64,000 bases of DNA from an archaeon GW2011_AR15 (GCA_000830295.1 CP010425.1:192001-256000), one strand, 5' to 3'; positions 31,236-43,108 are shown, counted from the stretch's first letter. Translations and numbers: made by a program. Notes: generated by a model not told the origin, from the letters alone.

Positions 31236-31562
31236 TTATTTTGTTTTGGCAGGAGAATATGGAAAGCGCATGTAGTTCCTGCATTTATGGCAGAAATAGA
31301 CAACTTTCTGGCCTGTCAGCCTTACACGGCAATTAGCTCCAGGAACTAGATAGGTGTAGCAGTGCTTGCAGAACCTTCTCTTGTGCTGCCTTGGCATTGT
31401 GACCTTGTATTTCATGCCTATTTTCCTGGCCAGTTCTACATACCTGTCTGCAAGATCAGGGCTTTTCCTGAAAACTTTCTCTGCCTGGCTGAAGAGCTCA
31501 TTTATCCTCTCCAGGGCTATCTCCTTCAGCTGGCCTGATTTTTTGCTGTGCGGCCTTTTCAT
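31236..31562 (-). CDS. rnp4: Ribonuclease P protein component 4 (Rpp21)
   Basis: IALERINELF...ADRYVELAR...KRRFCKHC...CHKC. Confidence 0.93.
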   Translation of the reverse strand: MKRPHSKKSGQLKEIALERINELFSQAEKVFRKSPDLADRYVELARKIGMKYKVTMPRQHKRRFCKHCYTYLVPGANCRVRLTGQKVVYFCHKCRNYMRFPYSPAKTK

Positions 31563-31635
31563 GGCAGGAGAGAATTGGGGCAGCTTAATAATTGTTGCCA
31601 CAAAATTTATAACCCCAAAATGAATTAATAGGGCC

Positions 31636-31896
31636 ATGGGCCACATATTCTGCCGGCTGAGGAATGTCAGTGTAAGTGATATAAGGGCAAGGCTGAAGGC
31701 AGATGAAAAAGAGCATGCCAAATACGGCCTCTATCTTGAAAATGTCTGGCAGAATGCAGATAATCCTGATGAAGTGCTGTTTTTGTTCAGGGCATATGAC
31801 CTGAAGAAAGCAAGGGATTTCATTGAGGCCAAGCATAAAGAGACGCTTGAGCAGAACCCAGAGGCTAATCTCCCGCAGATGATATTTCTTGAGTGA
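31636..31896 (+). CDS. Small hypothetical protein (possible dimeric alpha/beta barrel)
   Basis: VWQNADNPDEVLFLF pattern. Confidence 0.6.
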   Translation: MGHIFCRLRNVSVSDIRARLKADEKEHAKYGLYLENVWQNADNPDEVLFLFRAYDLKKARDFIEAKHKETLEQNPEANLPQMIFLE

Positions 31897-31916
31897 ATAG
31901 GCTGTTTTCAATCAAC

Positions 31917-32468
31917 TTATAGTTCCAGAAGTTTTTCGAGTAAAGGGAATTCTTTGTAGGGCTGATTGAAAGACTCAGAGCCCATATGCCCTTCTCCATG
32001 AAGAATGATTAGCTTGCCGCCGAGATGTTCAAACATAAAATATCCTTCCTTATCATCACATCCCCAGGGATCATTATCTGAATTTATGAAAATAATCTCT
32101 TTGGCGTTATGCTTTATCTTCTTCCAGTTATATTTTTCCTGCAATATTAATTCAGTCTTCTTTGCTTTTCCTTTGGGTCTTGCATAGCCTGCCACTAAAA
32201 CTGCCTTATGGATTCTTACTTTGATGTTTTCTAAAACTGCCAATGCTAATGGAGCCCCTGCAGAATGCCCGATTATTATGGTCTTATCATTGAATTCCCC
32301 GCTTTTAAGCACAAAAGGAAGCTGCGATTTAAGATTTGGCGTATCGGGCTCCGGAAGCGAAGGTACCCACACATCATACCCTTTGTTCTGTAAAAATTCT
32401 TTTATCTTGGGCTGCCAGAATGAATTTGGATTGCAGGAGGTTCCATGCAGGATAATTGCATTCTTCAT
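31917..32468 (-). CDS. RBBP9/YdeN-family alpha/beta hydrolase
   Basis: IILHG, IIGHSAG, SDNDPW, GEGH. Confidence 0.9.
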   Translation of the reverse strand: MKNAIILHGTSCNPNSFWQPKIKEFLQNKGYDVWVPSLPEPDTPNLKSQLPFVLKSGEFNDKTIIIGHSAGAPLALAVLENIKVRIHKAVLVAGYARPKGKAKKTELILQEKYNWKKIKHNAKEIIFINSDNDPWGCDDKEGYFMFEHLGGKLIILHGEGHMGSESFNQPYKEFPLLEKLLEL

Positions 32469-32524
32469 GCATGAAAGAGGTTTTCCTTTGTATATAAATA
32501 TTACCTGATAAAACAGGACTAAAT

Positions 32525-32548
32525 AAATATTTAAACTGGCAAATATTT
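32525..32548 (+). promoter_or_regulatory. Putative ArsR operator overlapping promoter (2 x AAATATTT)
   Basis: Palindromic octamers at 32525 and 32541. Confidence 0.5.
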
Positions 32549-32557
32549 GCTGTGATT

Positions 32558-32806
32558 ATGGACGTGTCAGAATATTTCGGGATACTTGCAGACAAGACAA
32601 GATTAAGGATAATAGACTTTCTGCAGGATGGGGAAAAATGCGCCTGCGAAATAGTGCCATACACCGGCAAATCACAGCCAAACGTCTCGCTTCACCTCAA
32701 AAAGATGGAAGAAATCGGGATATTATCTTCAAGGAAAGACGCTACCAGGGTATTGTATAAAATAAAGGATAAAAGAGTAAATGAACTTCTCAAAATTCTA
32801 AAATAA
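32558..32806 (+). CDS. ArsR/SmtB-family transcriptional regulator
   Basis: LADKTRLRII...EKCACEI...SQPNVSLHLKKM. Confidence 0.93.
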   Translation: MDVSEYFGILADKTRLRIIDFLQDGEKCACEIVPYTGKSQPNVSLHLKKMEEIGILSSRKDATRVLYKIKDKRVNELLKILK

Positions 32807-32808
32807 CA

Positions 32809-32848
32809 AGATATTTAAGTTAGTAAATATTTGTGAATATAAATATTT
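32809..32848 (+). promoter_or_regulatory. Putative ArsR operator (3 x ARATATTT, 16-bp period)
   Basis: Octamers at 32809, 32825, 32841. Confidence 0.5.
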
Positions 32849-32866
32849 GTAAAGAGGATTAATATC

Positions 32867-33847
32867 ATGGATATTTTTAGCCCTGTCCGGTCATTTGCAG
32901 ACCTTATTACCTATGATTTACTTAATCTGGGAAAGGACTCTTATCTCGGAAGTGCGGCAAATTTCTTCATATATGATGTAATAAAGATTGGTTTCCTCCT
33001 TCTGATAATAAACTATAGCATGGCAGTCATAAGATATTATTTCCCAATGGAAAAAGTAAAAAATATCCTGACAAAAAGAAGATGGCTCGGCCTGGATTAT
33101 CTGTTTGCAGCCCTGCTCGGCGTCATAACTCCCTTTTGCTCATGCTCATCAATACCTCTCTTTATAGGCTTTGTAGGAGCAGGCATCCCGCTTGGAGTGA
33201 CCTTTGCTTTCCTGATCAGCTCTCCGCTCGTGAATGAGGCCTCCCTTTATCTCTTCCCTGCAATGTTCGGGATAAAAGCTACCCTGATCTATAATATAAT
33301 CGGAATTGCTGTAGCAGTAACCGGAGGGATGATTATACAGAAGCTTAAGCTTGATAAATATGTAAGCCGGGAGCTATTGAAATTCAGGTCCAGGCTGCAA
33401 ATCTTAAAAGAGCAGGGTGGCAGGCCGCTGCAGCTTAAAGAACTTGTTAGATACTGGTGGCAGGACGGATGGAATATAACAAGACAGGTTTTCCCTTATG
33501 TTCTGCTGGGCGTTGGCATCGGAGCTGCTATCCACGGGTTTGTCCCTGCCAGCCTGGCAGAAAGATACCTGTCTTCAAAAGAGTGGTGGGCAGTGCCTCT
33601 TGCAGTTCTCATCGGTGCGCCGTTTTATGCAAATTCTGTAGGAGTCATCCCGGTAATGGAAGCACTGGTCGGAAAAGGAGTGCCTCTTGGGACTGCATTG
33701 GCATTCATGACGTCTATAGTAACTGTCTCAGTCCCCGAGCTACTAATCCTTAGAAAAGTTATGAAATGGCAGCTTCTAGCCACATTTTTGAGCATTACAA
33801 TTATTGGAATTGTTATTATGGGGTATGCTTTGAATGCAATCCTATGA
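32867..33847 (+). CDS. ArsP/DUF318-family permease
   Basis: TPFCSCSSIP, FLISSPLVNE, GTALAFM; follows arsR. Confidence 0.9.
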   Translation: MDIFSPVRSFADLITYDLLNLGKDSYLGSAANFFIYDVIKIGFLLLIINYSMAVIRYYFPMEKVKNILTKRRWLGLDYLFAALLGVITPFCSCSSIPLFIGFVGAGIPLGVTFAFLISSPLVNEASLYLFPAMFGIKATLIYNIIGIAVAVTGGMIIQKLKLDKYVSRELLKFRSRLQILKEQGGRPLQLKELVRYWWQDGWNITRQVFPYVLLGVGIGAAIHGFVPASLAERYLSSKEWWAVPLAVLIGAPFYANSVGVIPVMEALVGKGVPLGTALAFMTSIVTVSVPELLILRKVMKWQLLATFLSITIIGIVIMGYALNAIL

Positions 33848-33865
33848 ATCTTTAGAGAAAAGGAG

Positions 33866-33962
33866 TAGCCCCGCCAGGATTTGAACCTGGGTCGCAAGGT
33901 GCCTCCAGTGAAATTATTCATCTGCCAGAGCCTTGCATGATTGGCCGCTACACTACGGGGCT
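33866..33962 (-). tRNA. tRNA-Gln(CTG) with 24-nt intron at 37/38 (33901-33924)
   Basis: Acceptor AGCCCCG/CGGGGCT, anticodon stem CAAGG/CCTTG, GGTTCAAATCC T-loop, bulge-helix-bulge (CUCU/GGAG helix, GG^C and GC^A bulges). Confidence 0.95.
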
Positions 33963-34011
33963 AAAGTGTGTTAGTTATAATTTGATGAGAAATCTAGGTG
34001 TTTTATAAGAT

Positions 34012-34785
34012 TTATTCTTTTTTCTTGGCTGCTTTTGCCTTTGGCTCTTTTTTTACAGCAGGCTTTTTTGCAGCTGCCTTCTTCTTTGGCTTTTCTTCCT
34101 TGGCTTCTGCTGGCGTTTCCTCGGTCTTGGGAATGCCTGCTTCAATATCCTCAGCTTTTGGCTCTTCAGCGAGAGCTTTCTCCTGTGCCTTCTTGCTTAC
34201 ATATTCATCCGGCTCTTTCTCCACAACCCTGATGATGATGCCCTTCAGAGGATAAATCACATTGAATTTCTTCTTCAGGTCATTCTGTATCTTGTTCTGT
34301 ATGATCTCAGTATAGAGCTCTTCATAGGAAACGCCTGTAACAAACTTAACTAGTTCTGCCTTAAGCTCTGCTCTCAGCTTCTTTTCAACAGACCTGCTTA
34401 CCTTCTCCCTTGTTATAAGAAGCGGCTTGATCCTGATTTTTACACCGTCTTTTGTGGAAACGACGAAAGACTCATCTATCCTTGTAATGCTTCTCCTCAT
34501 GAGCCTTTTTACAGATGAGGGAAGATATTCATAAGAAACTATTTTTGTCTGGAGCTTGTTATCCTTGAAATCAGCTATCTGGAACTTGACTGCAATATTC
34601 TGCGACTTTATGTCACCTGTAACCTGCATAAGATTGACTTTCACAGTCCTCTTTATAGCCTCTGCAGGCTCGCTTAAGAATGATTCCCCTATAACCCTCT
34701 CTTCGAGGAATTTGGGAGCAGTTATCTTAATCCATTTCTTCTTCTTTATGCTTATCCTTGATGTTTTTGGTTTAACAACAGCCAT
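34012..34785 (-). CDS. rps3ae: 30S ribosomal protein S3Ae (eS1) with acidic then K/A-rich C-terminal extension
   Basis: KKKWIKITAP...RTVKVNL..VTGD...VKRLMRR...IYPLK. Confidence 0.88.
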   Translation of the reverse strand: MAVVKPKTSRISIKKKKWIKITAPKFLEERVIGESFLSEPAEAIKRTVKVNLMQVTGDIKSQNIAVKFQIADFKDNKLQTKIVSYEYLPSSVKRLMRRSITRIDESFVVSTKDGVKIRIKPLLITREKVSRSVEKKLRAELKAELVKFVTGVSYEELYTEIIQNKIQNDLKKKFNVIYPLKGIIIRVVEKEPDEYVSKKAQEKALAEEPKAEDIEAGIPKTEETPAEAKEEKPKKKAAAKKPAVKKEPKAKAAKKKE

Positions 34786-34837
34786 ATGCTGTTTGAATTT
34801 GTGTATAGTTTAAAAAGCTTTTGGAGAATGGTAACAG

Positions 34838-35182
34838 TTACCGGAACTGTTTAAAGAAGTGAAGATACACTGCTGCTGCATTAGGCCCGAATTCTCCCAC
34901 GCCTTTCCTGGCTACTTCACCAGCAGACAATATCCTCTCGGCCGAATGCACTGATGAGTACAAAAGCCTGTAATCCCCGCCCAGGCCAATCTCCGGGTTT
35001 TCTGGGTCATTCACTCCGTCATATGAGACCTGGGTTCTTACATAGAACGTATGTACCGTGTCTGGCTGGTAAATCCCAATATAAGCTGAATTTCTGGTTA
35101 GCCTATCGCCATGCCCTACATTCGCCAGGACCCAGACAAAATCTCCTGGGCTAATTTTTCTCTCCAGGTCTGATTTATTCAT
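34838..35182 (-). CDS. Hypothetical protein
   Basis: 114-aa ORF with TATA box. Confidence 0.6.
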   Translation of the reverse strand: MNKSDLERKISPGDFVWVLANVGHGDRLTRNSAYIGIYQPDTVHTFYVRTQVSYDGVNDPENPEIGLGGDYRLLYSSVHSAERILSAGEVARKGVGEFGPNAAAVYLHFFKQFR

Positions 35183-35220
35183 CCTGTAACGAGAACTATA
35201 AGTTATTTATAAATATATAA

Positions 35221-37119
<1,899 letters not shown>

Positions 37120-37292
37120 CTAACTCATTGATGATTTTTCTTCTGGAATTTTATGCGAGAAAACCCCCTTTTCTCCTCTATAAATACTGAAAGTTCGGGC
37201 ATATTTAAATGTTGTGGTAAGTTTGACAGAAGGAGGATAATTTTAAATATATATTAATTAATCTAAACTTAAGAGGTGGGACACGCACCCGC

Positions 37293-38483
37293 ATGAAACC
37301 AGATGATTTAGGATATAAAGAATCACTCATATACCGGCTGGACACATACGGGAACGACACGTTTGTCAAAGCCTCTGAATATTCATCTTCTTTTCCAAAC
37401 ACGCCTTACCAGCATGTAAGGCATTATGCAACTTCCGGCTTTGAAGGCATACTAGCTGTCAGGGATGCCAATAATGAGTGGTATATCCTTACATTAGAAG
37501 AGAACCTTGACAGGATGCAGAAAACTATGAAGCAGCTGTTCCTTACCCAGCCAGAGGCTCTTGAAGCATCGCTGGAAGAAAAAAGAAAATTGTTTTCTGA
37601 TATTCCGGGGGAGCCAGTAGCTTTGAAAGATGCTCCGCTGTTTCTTGACGCAAATAAAGACAAAATCAGGGAAGCCATCATGGAGACACTGAAGATAAAT
37701 GCAGAAAAAGGCTATCTTGACCTTGATGCAAAAGACGGGCTGATCTACATAAGGCCCAATTTCTACAGGGACCATAAGCTGGATGAAAACGGGAATCTTG
37801 TTCCCGGGCTTGGCGTTGCCTCACTTAGCCACCATGCTGTGCTGGAGATAATGGTGCAGAACGTACCTAATTACCTTGCGAGCGCTCCGAAGTCAGGGGC
37901 CCGCATTCTTGTATATGATGAAGAACTGCACAGGAGAGTCATAGGGCTTCCTCCCTCAGATACGCCCCATCTGGGCTTCTCAGGCATGTCGAGGAAAGCA
38001 AAGCTTGGGGCAAACTACGGCGCCGGTGGAATGGTGAAGAACCTTGCCAATCTGCTTGGCTTTGATGAGGGCCTGCTTACTGATCATGACAGGAATGTGC
38101 TGGAAGGAGGAGGGGAAAACGCTTTCATGATAAAAGACAACAAAGTATACACCCCTCCGTTAACCCAGGCAATACTACCGGGGACCAAAAGGAACCTGGT
38201 GATAAAAATAACAAGGGCGCTGGGATATGAACTAATAGAAAAGAAAATTCCTCTTGAGGATTTCATAAACGCTGATGCAGCTGCATTTTCTGGAACATGG
38301 ACAGGGTTTGAGCCTCTCGGAAGCGTGGTGAACTGGAATCCAAAGATGGAGAGCAACTACCGGCCGCACAGGATTTTCGGAAATGTAAGTGAACAGTATT
38401 CAAATTATCTTCAAGGGTATCCTCTTGACTCCCGCCTTGAAAAAGTGCTTCCTGAAAAGGCCCATATTGACTTCAGCAGATAG
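37293..38483 (+). CDS. Class IV (branched-chain-type) aminotransferase with insertions
   Basis: HYATSGFEG, YIRP, KAKLGANY, EGGGENAF, ILPGTKR. Confidence 0.85.
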   Translation: MKPDDLGYKESLIYRLDTYGNDTFVKASEYSSSFPNTPYQHVRHYATSGFEGILAVRDANNEWYILTLEENLDRMQKTMKQLFLTQPEALEASLEEKRKLFSDIPGEPVALKDAPLFLDANKDKIREAIMETLKINAEKGYLDLDAKDGLIYIRPNFYRDHKLDENGNLVPGLGVASLSHHAVLEIMVQNVPNYLASAPKSGARILVYDEELHRRVIGLPPSDTPHLGFSGMSRKAKLGANYGAGGMVKNLANLLGFDEGLLTDHDRNVLEGGGENAFMIKDNKVYTPPLTQAILPGTKRNLVIKITRALGYELIEKKIPLEDFINADAAAFSGTWTGFEPLGSVVNWNPKMESNYRPHRIFGNVSEQYSNYLQGYPLDSRLEKVLPEKAHIDFSR

Positions 38484-38515
38484 GTTTTTATAAGACTGCT
38501 GGTTAACTTCTTATT

Positions 38516-39760
38516 ATGGATTTTTTGGACAAAATAAAACAGGATTTGCGTCCGGATACTTCAGCGCTTGTTGAAATAGGGATATTTGTAAAAGAGATAA
38601 ACAAAGAAATTAAAAAAAGCAGGATAAAAGCCTCCTGTGTTGCAGGCGGCAGTGTTGCAAAAGGCACATTCCTGAAAGGCGATTTTGATGTTGACCTGTT
38701 TGTTAAATTTGATTACTCATACAAAGATAAGGATATATCAAAGCTGCTCAAAAAAATTCTCAGGAAATTCAGGCCGGTAACTCTCCACGGCTCAAGGGAT
38801 TATTACCAGATAAGGCATGACAGCCTGAATTACGAGATTGTCCCTGTCCTGAATATAAAGAACCCTGAAAAAGCCCTCAATGTAACTGACATGAGCTTCA
38901 TACATGTTGACTGGGTAAAGAAAAAGCTGAAAAAAGGGCAGGAGGATGAGATAAGATTAACTAAGAAATTCTGCAAAGTCATTGGGGTCTATGGTGCCGA
39001 ATCATATATACAGGGATTCTCTGGGCATGTTATTGACATCCTGATAGTGCATTACGGCTCTTTCCTCAATTTGCTGAAAGCCTCCCAGAAATGGAAGCCT
39101 AAATTAGTTATAGATGCAAAAAAGCACTACAAAAATTCCGCTGATGTGAAGTTCAACATCAACAAGTCAAAGCTGGAAGGGCCAATGATTGTTGTTGACC
39201 CTATACTGAAAACAAGGAACGCTGCCTCTGCTGTTTCCATGGAGAAATTTGAGCTGTTCAGGAAAAAAACAAAGGAATTCCTGAAAAAGCCGTCTGAGGA
39301 ATTTTTTGTTGAAAAAAAGATAAGTGTGGAGTATCTAAAATCGAAGTACAGGAAGCATCTTGTTGTGCTGAAACTAAAAGCAGGAAAAGGCAAGCCAGAT
39401 GTCATCGGCAGCAGGATACTGAAAGCATTCAGGTTCATGGAATCAGAGCTGGCAAAAAAAGGGTTTGAAATAAAAAAAAGCGGGTGGCACTGGGACAAAA
39501 AGCAAAATGCGCTTGCGTGGTTTGTATTTGAAAATGCTGTCCTGCCTGAAACAAGAATTGCTGAAGGCCCCCCTCTCGAGATGAAAAAGGCATGCAGCGG
39601 CTTCAAAAAAGAGCATAAGAAAACTTTTGAGAAAAAAGGCAGGCTATGGGCGGAAATCAAAATAGAAAAGAGGGGGATTAAAAAGAATATAGAGGAGATT
39701 TCAAGGAAAAAATACTTCAGTGAAAAGATTGGACTTGAAGCTATAGAAAAGTATTTATAA
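38516..39760 (+). CDS. cca: Archaeal class I CCA-adding enzyme
   Basis: GGSVAKGTFL..DFDVDLFV, VYGAE..GFSG, DP..RNAASA. Confidence 0.93.
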   Translation: MDFLDKIKQDLRPDTSALVEIGIFVKEINKEIKKSRIKASCVAGGSVAKGTFLKGDFDVDLFVKFDYSYKDKDISKLLKKILRKFRPVTLHGSRDYYQIRHDSLNYEIVPVLNIKNPEKALNVTDMSFIHVDWVKKKLKKGQEDEIRLTKKFCKVIGVYGAESYIQGFSGHVIDILIVHYGSFLNLLKASQKWKPKLVIDAKKHYKNSADVKFNINKSKLEGPMIVVDPILKTRNAASAVSMEKFELFRKKTKEFLKKPSEEFFVEKKISVEYLKSKYRKHLVVLKLKAGKGKPDVIGSRILKAFRFMESELAKKGFEIKKSGWHWDKKQNALAWFVFENAVLPETRIAEGPPLEMKKACSGFKKEHKKTFEKKGRLWAEIKIEKRGIKKNIEEISRKKYFSEKIGLEAIEKYL

Positions 39761-39782
39761 GTTATATTCTCTTCTCTTTATT

Positions 39783-40043
39783 ATGAAAAGATACATTGTT
39801 TTGATCTCGCTTGTCTTTCTGATTGCTGTTATTTCCGGATGTGCAACAGATGGGAACTATTCTAATGAAAATAATGGGGCAGACACTAATGAAACTGCAC
39901 AGGACGGGAAATGTTCGCCAAATAACGATATAGTCTGCACCATGGAGTACAACCCTGTATGCTGCAACGGCAAAACATACAGCAATTCCTGCGTTGCAAG
40001 GGCAAACTGCGCTACAGATTGTGTGGCTGGGGAATGTAGCTAG
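39783..40043 (+). CDS. Lipoprotein with Kazal-type protease inhibitor domain
   Basis: ISGC lipobox; CTMEYNPVCCNGKTYSNSCVA...GEC. Confidence 0.85.
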   Translation: MKRYIVLISLVFLIAVISGCATDGNYSNENNGADTNETAQDGKCSPNNDIVCTMEYNPVCCNGKTYSNSCVARANCATDCVAGECS

Positions 40044-40081
40044 GAAAATATTATAAACTCCATATTGTTTAATTTTCTCTG

Positions 40082-40738
40082 ATGTTTTCAGAACTTACTG
40101 CATGGATTCTTGAGGGAATAAGGACGCATGGGCTCCTTGCTGTCATAATCGGCGTTGCAATTGAGACAATAATCATCCCCATACCCAGCCCCCTCATTGT
40201 GATGGCTGCAGGCTACGTCCTGATACCGCAGGGAGCACTGATGGCTGTGCTCTGGAACGCTCTCTGGATTGCTGTTGTCGCAGGGCTGGCGCAGACAATA
40301 GGAAGCTACTTCCTGTTCTTCATAGGCTATTACGGCGGAAAGCCGATAATCGAAAAATATGAGAAGTGGCATGGCGTGTCATGGAAGGAAATAAAGGGAT
40401 TCCAGAAAAAATTCAGCAGGGGAGGAAAAGAAGACATAACTTTATTTACAATGAGGCTGCTGCCTATAATGCCTCTCTCTGTAATCTCCGGGGTTGCCGG
40501 CATCATGAAATATGACGTAAAAAGATACTCAGCAATGACCTTTCTTGGAGTAGTCCCAAGAAATATCTTTCTCGCGCTGCTCGGCTACAATTTCGGGGAA
40601 GTTTACACTCTTATCGCAGGCAGGATAGACCATGCAGAAACAATAATGACTGTGGTTCTTGTCTTGATTATCATTGCTTATGTTGCAGGAAAAAAAACAG
40701 GATATATAGATAAAGTAAGGAAAAACCTTTTAAAGTAG
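40082..40738 (+). CDS. DedA/VTT-domain membrane protein
   Basis: ETIIIPIPSP..AAG, GS...GYYGG, RLLP. Confidence 0.88.
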   Translation: MFSELTAWILEGIRTHGLLAVIIGVAIETIIIPIPSPLIVMAAGYVLIPQGALMAVLWNALWIAVVAGLAQTIGSYFLFFIGYYGGKPIIEKYEKWHGVSWKEIKGFQKKFSRGGKEDITLFTMRLLPIMPLSVISGVAGIMKYDVKRYSAMTFLGVVPRNIFLALLGYNFGEVYTLIAGRIDHAETIMTVVLVLIIIAYVAGKKTGYIDKVRKNLLK

Positions 40739-40756
40739 AGCAATTCAAAAATATAC

Positions 40757-41362
40757 ATGGCAGAGTTCAAGGGCTATATGGTAAGAAGAAAAGTAGTGCA
40801 TTTCCTGCTTGGAATAGCTTTTGTAATCTTTATCAATTCCGGGATTATCAACTACAAACAGGACCTGATACTTATCCTGCTATGCGGCCTGATACTTGCC
40901 TTCATTGCAAGCTGGTACATAAAGGTCAGGAGGCCAAAGCATCTCATTAATCTTCTTGCCCTATTCGACAAGCCAGAAGATCTTGCAAGCTTTCCGGCAA
41001 AAGGGGCCGTATTCTACATTCTCGGCGTGTTGATGTCTGTGTCGCTGTTTGACAAAGATATAGCCTCAGCATCAATAATGATACTGACAATAGGGGATCC
41101 TGCAGCCCATGTAATAGGAAACTATTACGGGAAAACAAAGACCGTAATCAATGAAAAGAAACTGCTTGAGGGGACTCTTGCAGGCACTCTTGCCGGTGCG
41201 GTTGCCGCCATGTTTTTCGTGCCCCTTCCAATTGCCTTCTTCGGCAGCGCTTTCGGCATGATGGCAGAAGCTGTTGAAGTTGAAGTGTTCAACCTGGATG
41301 ATAATTTCTTCATACCCTTTGTCTCAGGGCTTGTGATGAGCCTTATCTCACTGCTAATTTAG
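40757..41362 (+). CDS. Dolichol/phytol kinase-like (SEC59/DGK1/VTE5) CTP-dependent kinase
   Basis: RRKVVH, GDPAAHVIG..YG...KKLLEG, LDDNF. Confidence 0.87.
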   Translation: MAEFKGYMVRRKVVHFLLGIAFVIFINSGIINYKQDLILILLCGLILAFIASWYIKVRRPKHLINLLALFDKPEDLASFPAKGAVFYILGVLMSVSLFDKDIASASIMILTIGDPAAHVIGNYYGKTKTVINEKKLLEGTLAGTLAGAVAAMFFVPLPIAFFGSAFGMMAEAVEVEVFNLDDNFFIPFVSGLVMSLISLLI

Positions 41363-41980
41363 CAGTGCAAGAAGCTCCCTTGGGCTGTCGACAATTATAT
41401 CCGCATCCTTCAGCCTGTTCTTGTGGTGGAATCCGTATGTAACTGCAACTGTCTTTACTTTCGCAGCCCTGCCTGCTATTATGTCCCCGTCCATATCCCC
41501 GATATAGATGGCTTCTTCCGGGCTTACATCAAATTTTTTCAGGCATTTCAATAACAAATCCGGCTTCGGCTTCAGCTCCCCGTCATCCTCCGCGAAGTAT
41601 CCGTTGAAATATCCTGACAGCTTGTATTTCCCAAGCCTGTAGTTAAGCTCTGATTTGAAATTATTGGTGACAACGGCCAGCTTATATCTGGCAGAAAGCG
41701 CCTTAATGGCTTCTGGAATGCCGGGATACGGTTTTATGAGGGGGCTGTATTTTTTCAGGCCGGCCTTGAATATCCTGATGTTCCTCTCTATCTGCTCTTC
41801 TGTCACAATATTAAGCTTTCTTAATGTCTCTCTCCAGTCCAGTTCAAGAAGCTCTCTTAAGTATGCGTCATCATCAGGAATTTTGACCTTGAATTCTTCT
41901 CCGAGCTCTTTGTATATCTTTCTTGTGAAGGCAAAAGTATCCATTATCACGCCGTCATAATCAAACATTACAAGCTTCAT
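41354..41980 (-). CDS. HAD-family phosphatase (phosphoglycolate phosphatase-like)
   Basis: FDYDGVIMDT, KPKP, YIGDMDGD. Confidence 0.9.
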   Translation of the reverse strand: MKLVMFDYDGVIMDTFAFTRKIYKELGEEFKVKIPDDDAYLRELLELDWRETLRKLNIVTEEQIERNIRIFKAGLKKYSPLIKPYPGIPEAIKALSARYKLAVVTNNFKSELNYRLGKYKLSGYFNGYFAEDDGELKPKPDLLLKCLKKFDVSPEEAIYIGDMDGDIIAGRAAKVKTVAVTYGFHHKNRLKDADIIVDSPRELLALLN

Positions 41981-42072
41981 GAGGATTTGGATTGCTGCTT
42001 GATTTAAATAATTAGAGCCTCTATTTACTTTCTGCATAATTTAAATATAAGCTCATCCTATTTTGGGCTGGG

Positions 42073-42477
42073 ATGGTAACTTATGAATATGAAGGCCTGC
42101 AGCTTTTAAGGAGAAAACCTATAAAAAAAGGCATAATAAGGCAGAAGTATGCTGGCAAGAACAGGAGTGAAAGTGTTGGAAATCTGGAAGCAGTATTGAT
42201 TGGTGCATTCGGAGCAATTGCAAAAGAGTACACAGGAAGAATTGACAGGCCTGCTTTTACAATAGGTGTGAGGGAAGCCGATTCAGAAGAGCCCTATTCT
42301 ATCTGGAGAACAGGATTTGTGAACCATCCAGAGCACAACTCCATATACACTTCGCCTTTCGCTTCCAGGTATATCTCATTTGAAGGCTATGAGGTATTAT
42401 TTAGTAAAATAGAATCTGCGAATGAGGTCTTGGAACTAAAACAATTATTCCATGAATATTTCAAGGCACAACCTTAA
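42073..42477 (+). CDS. Hypothetical protein
   Basis: 134-aa ORF with TATA box. Confidence 0.6.
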   Translation: MVTYEYEGLQLLRRKPIKKGIIRQKYAGKNRSESVGNLEAVLIGAFGAIAKEYTGRIDRPAFTIGVREADSEEPYSIWRTGFVNHPEHNSIYTSPFASRYISFEGYEVLFSKIESANEVLELKQLFHEYFKAQP

Positions 42478-42537
42478 TTCTCCAGGTCTTTATCTTAAGG
42501 CGTTAACTATTTAAACCCCTATAATTTCCAAGCCCTC

Positions 42538-42747
42538 ATGGCTAAAGACCTTCCCAAAAACGTGAAAAGGTTCGGTGCAAGGTATGGCAGGACCACAAGG
42601 CTCCAGTACGGAGCTATAGAAAGGACCCAGAGGGCCTTCCACAAGTGCCCATACTGCAACCAGAAGAAAGTAAAAAGGATTTCAGCAGGCATCTGGCTGT
42701 GCCAGAAATGCGGCTCAAAATTCACAGGGAAGGCCTATACTCTTTAA
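42538..42747 (+). CDS. rpl37ae: 50S ribosomal protein L37Ae (eL43)
   Basis: RFGARYG, CPYC...GIWLCQKC..KFTG. Confidence 0.96.
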   Translation: MAKDLPKNVKRFGARYGRTTRLQYGAIERTQRAFHKCPYCNQKKVKRISAGIWLCQKCGSKFTGKAYTL

Positions 42748-42755
42748 TCAAGAAA

Positions 42756-42893
42756 ATGGTACTATACAAATGTTTCCAGTGCAACAAGGAAATAGAAGAC
42801 TCAACCTTAAGGAAGAGAGTCAGGTGCATCTACTGCGGTTCAAAGATGCTGTATAAGCCACGAACAACCACAACAAAAGTCAAGGCAAGATGA
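42756..42893 (+). CDS. rpoP: RNA polymerase subunit P (Rpo12)
   Basis: YKCFQC...RCIYCGSKMLYKPR; conserved synteny with L37Ae. Confidence 0.93.
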   Translation: MVLYKCFQCNKEIEDSTLRKRVRCIYCGSKMLYKPRTTTTKVKAR

Positions 42894-43108
42894 TAACTTG
42901 CACGCTTGAGATAAGCGAAAATGTCGGGGAGTTATACAAAGTTTTCCTGTCTGAAAAGCTGCAGTCGGACCGCGCGAGCTGCAGAATGACAAAGGGGAGG
43001 ACACTGAAATTCGAGATAGAGGCAAAGGACCCTGTCAGCATGAGGGCATTCACAAATTCGATTCTGAGAATAATTGAGACACATGAAAAAATTTCAAGGG
43101 TAAAATGA
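42890..43108 (+). CDS. pcc1: KEOPS complex subunit Pcc1
   Basis: Size, IEAKDPVSMRAFTNSILR motif, synteny. Confidence 0.8.
   Translation: MITCTLEISENVGELYKVFLSEKLQSDRASCRMTKGRTLKFEIEAKDPVSMRAFTNSILRIIETHEKISRVK

Noticed and set aside
37125-37202. Short ORF upstream of gyrB and another at ~60087-60150
   Set aside because: No biased codon content or clear initiation signal; compatible with chance.
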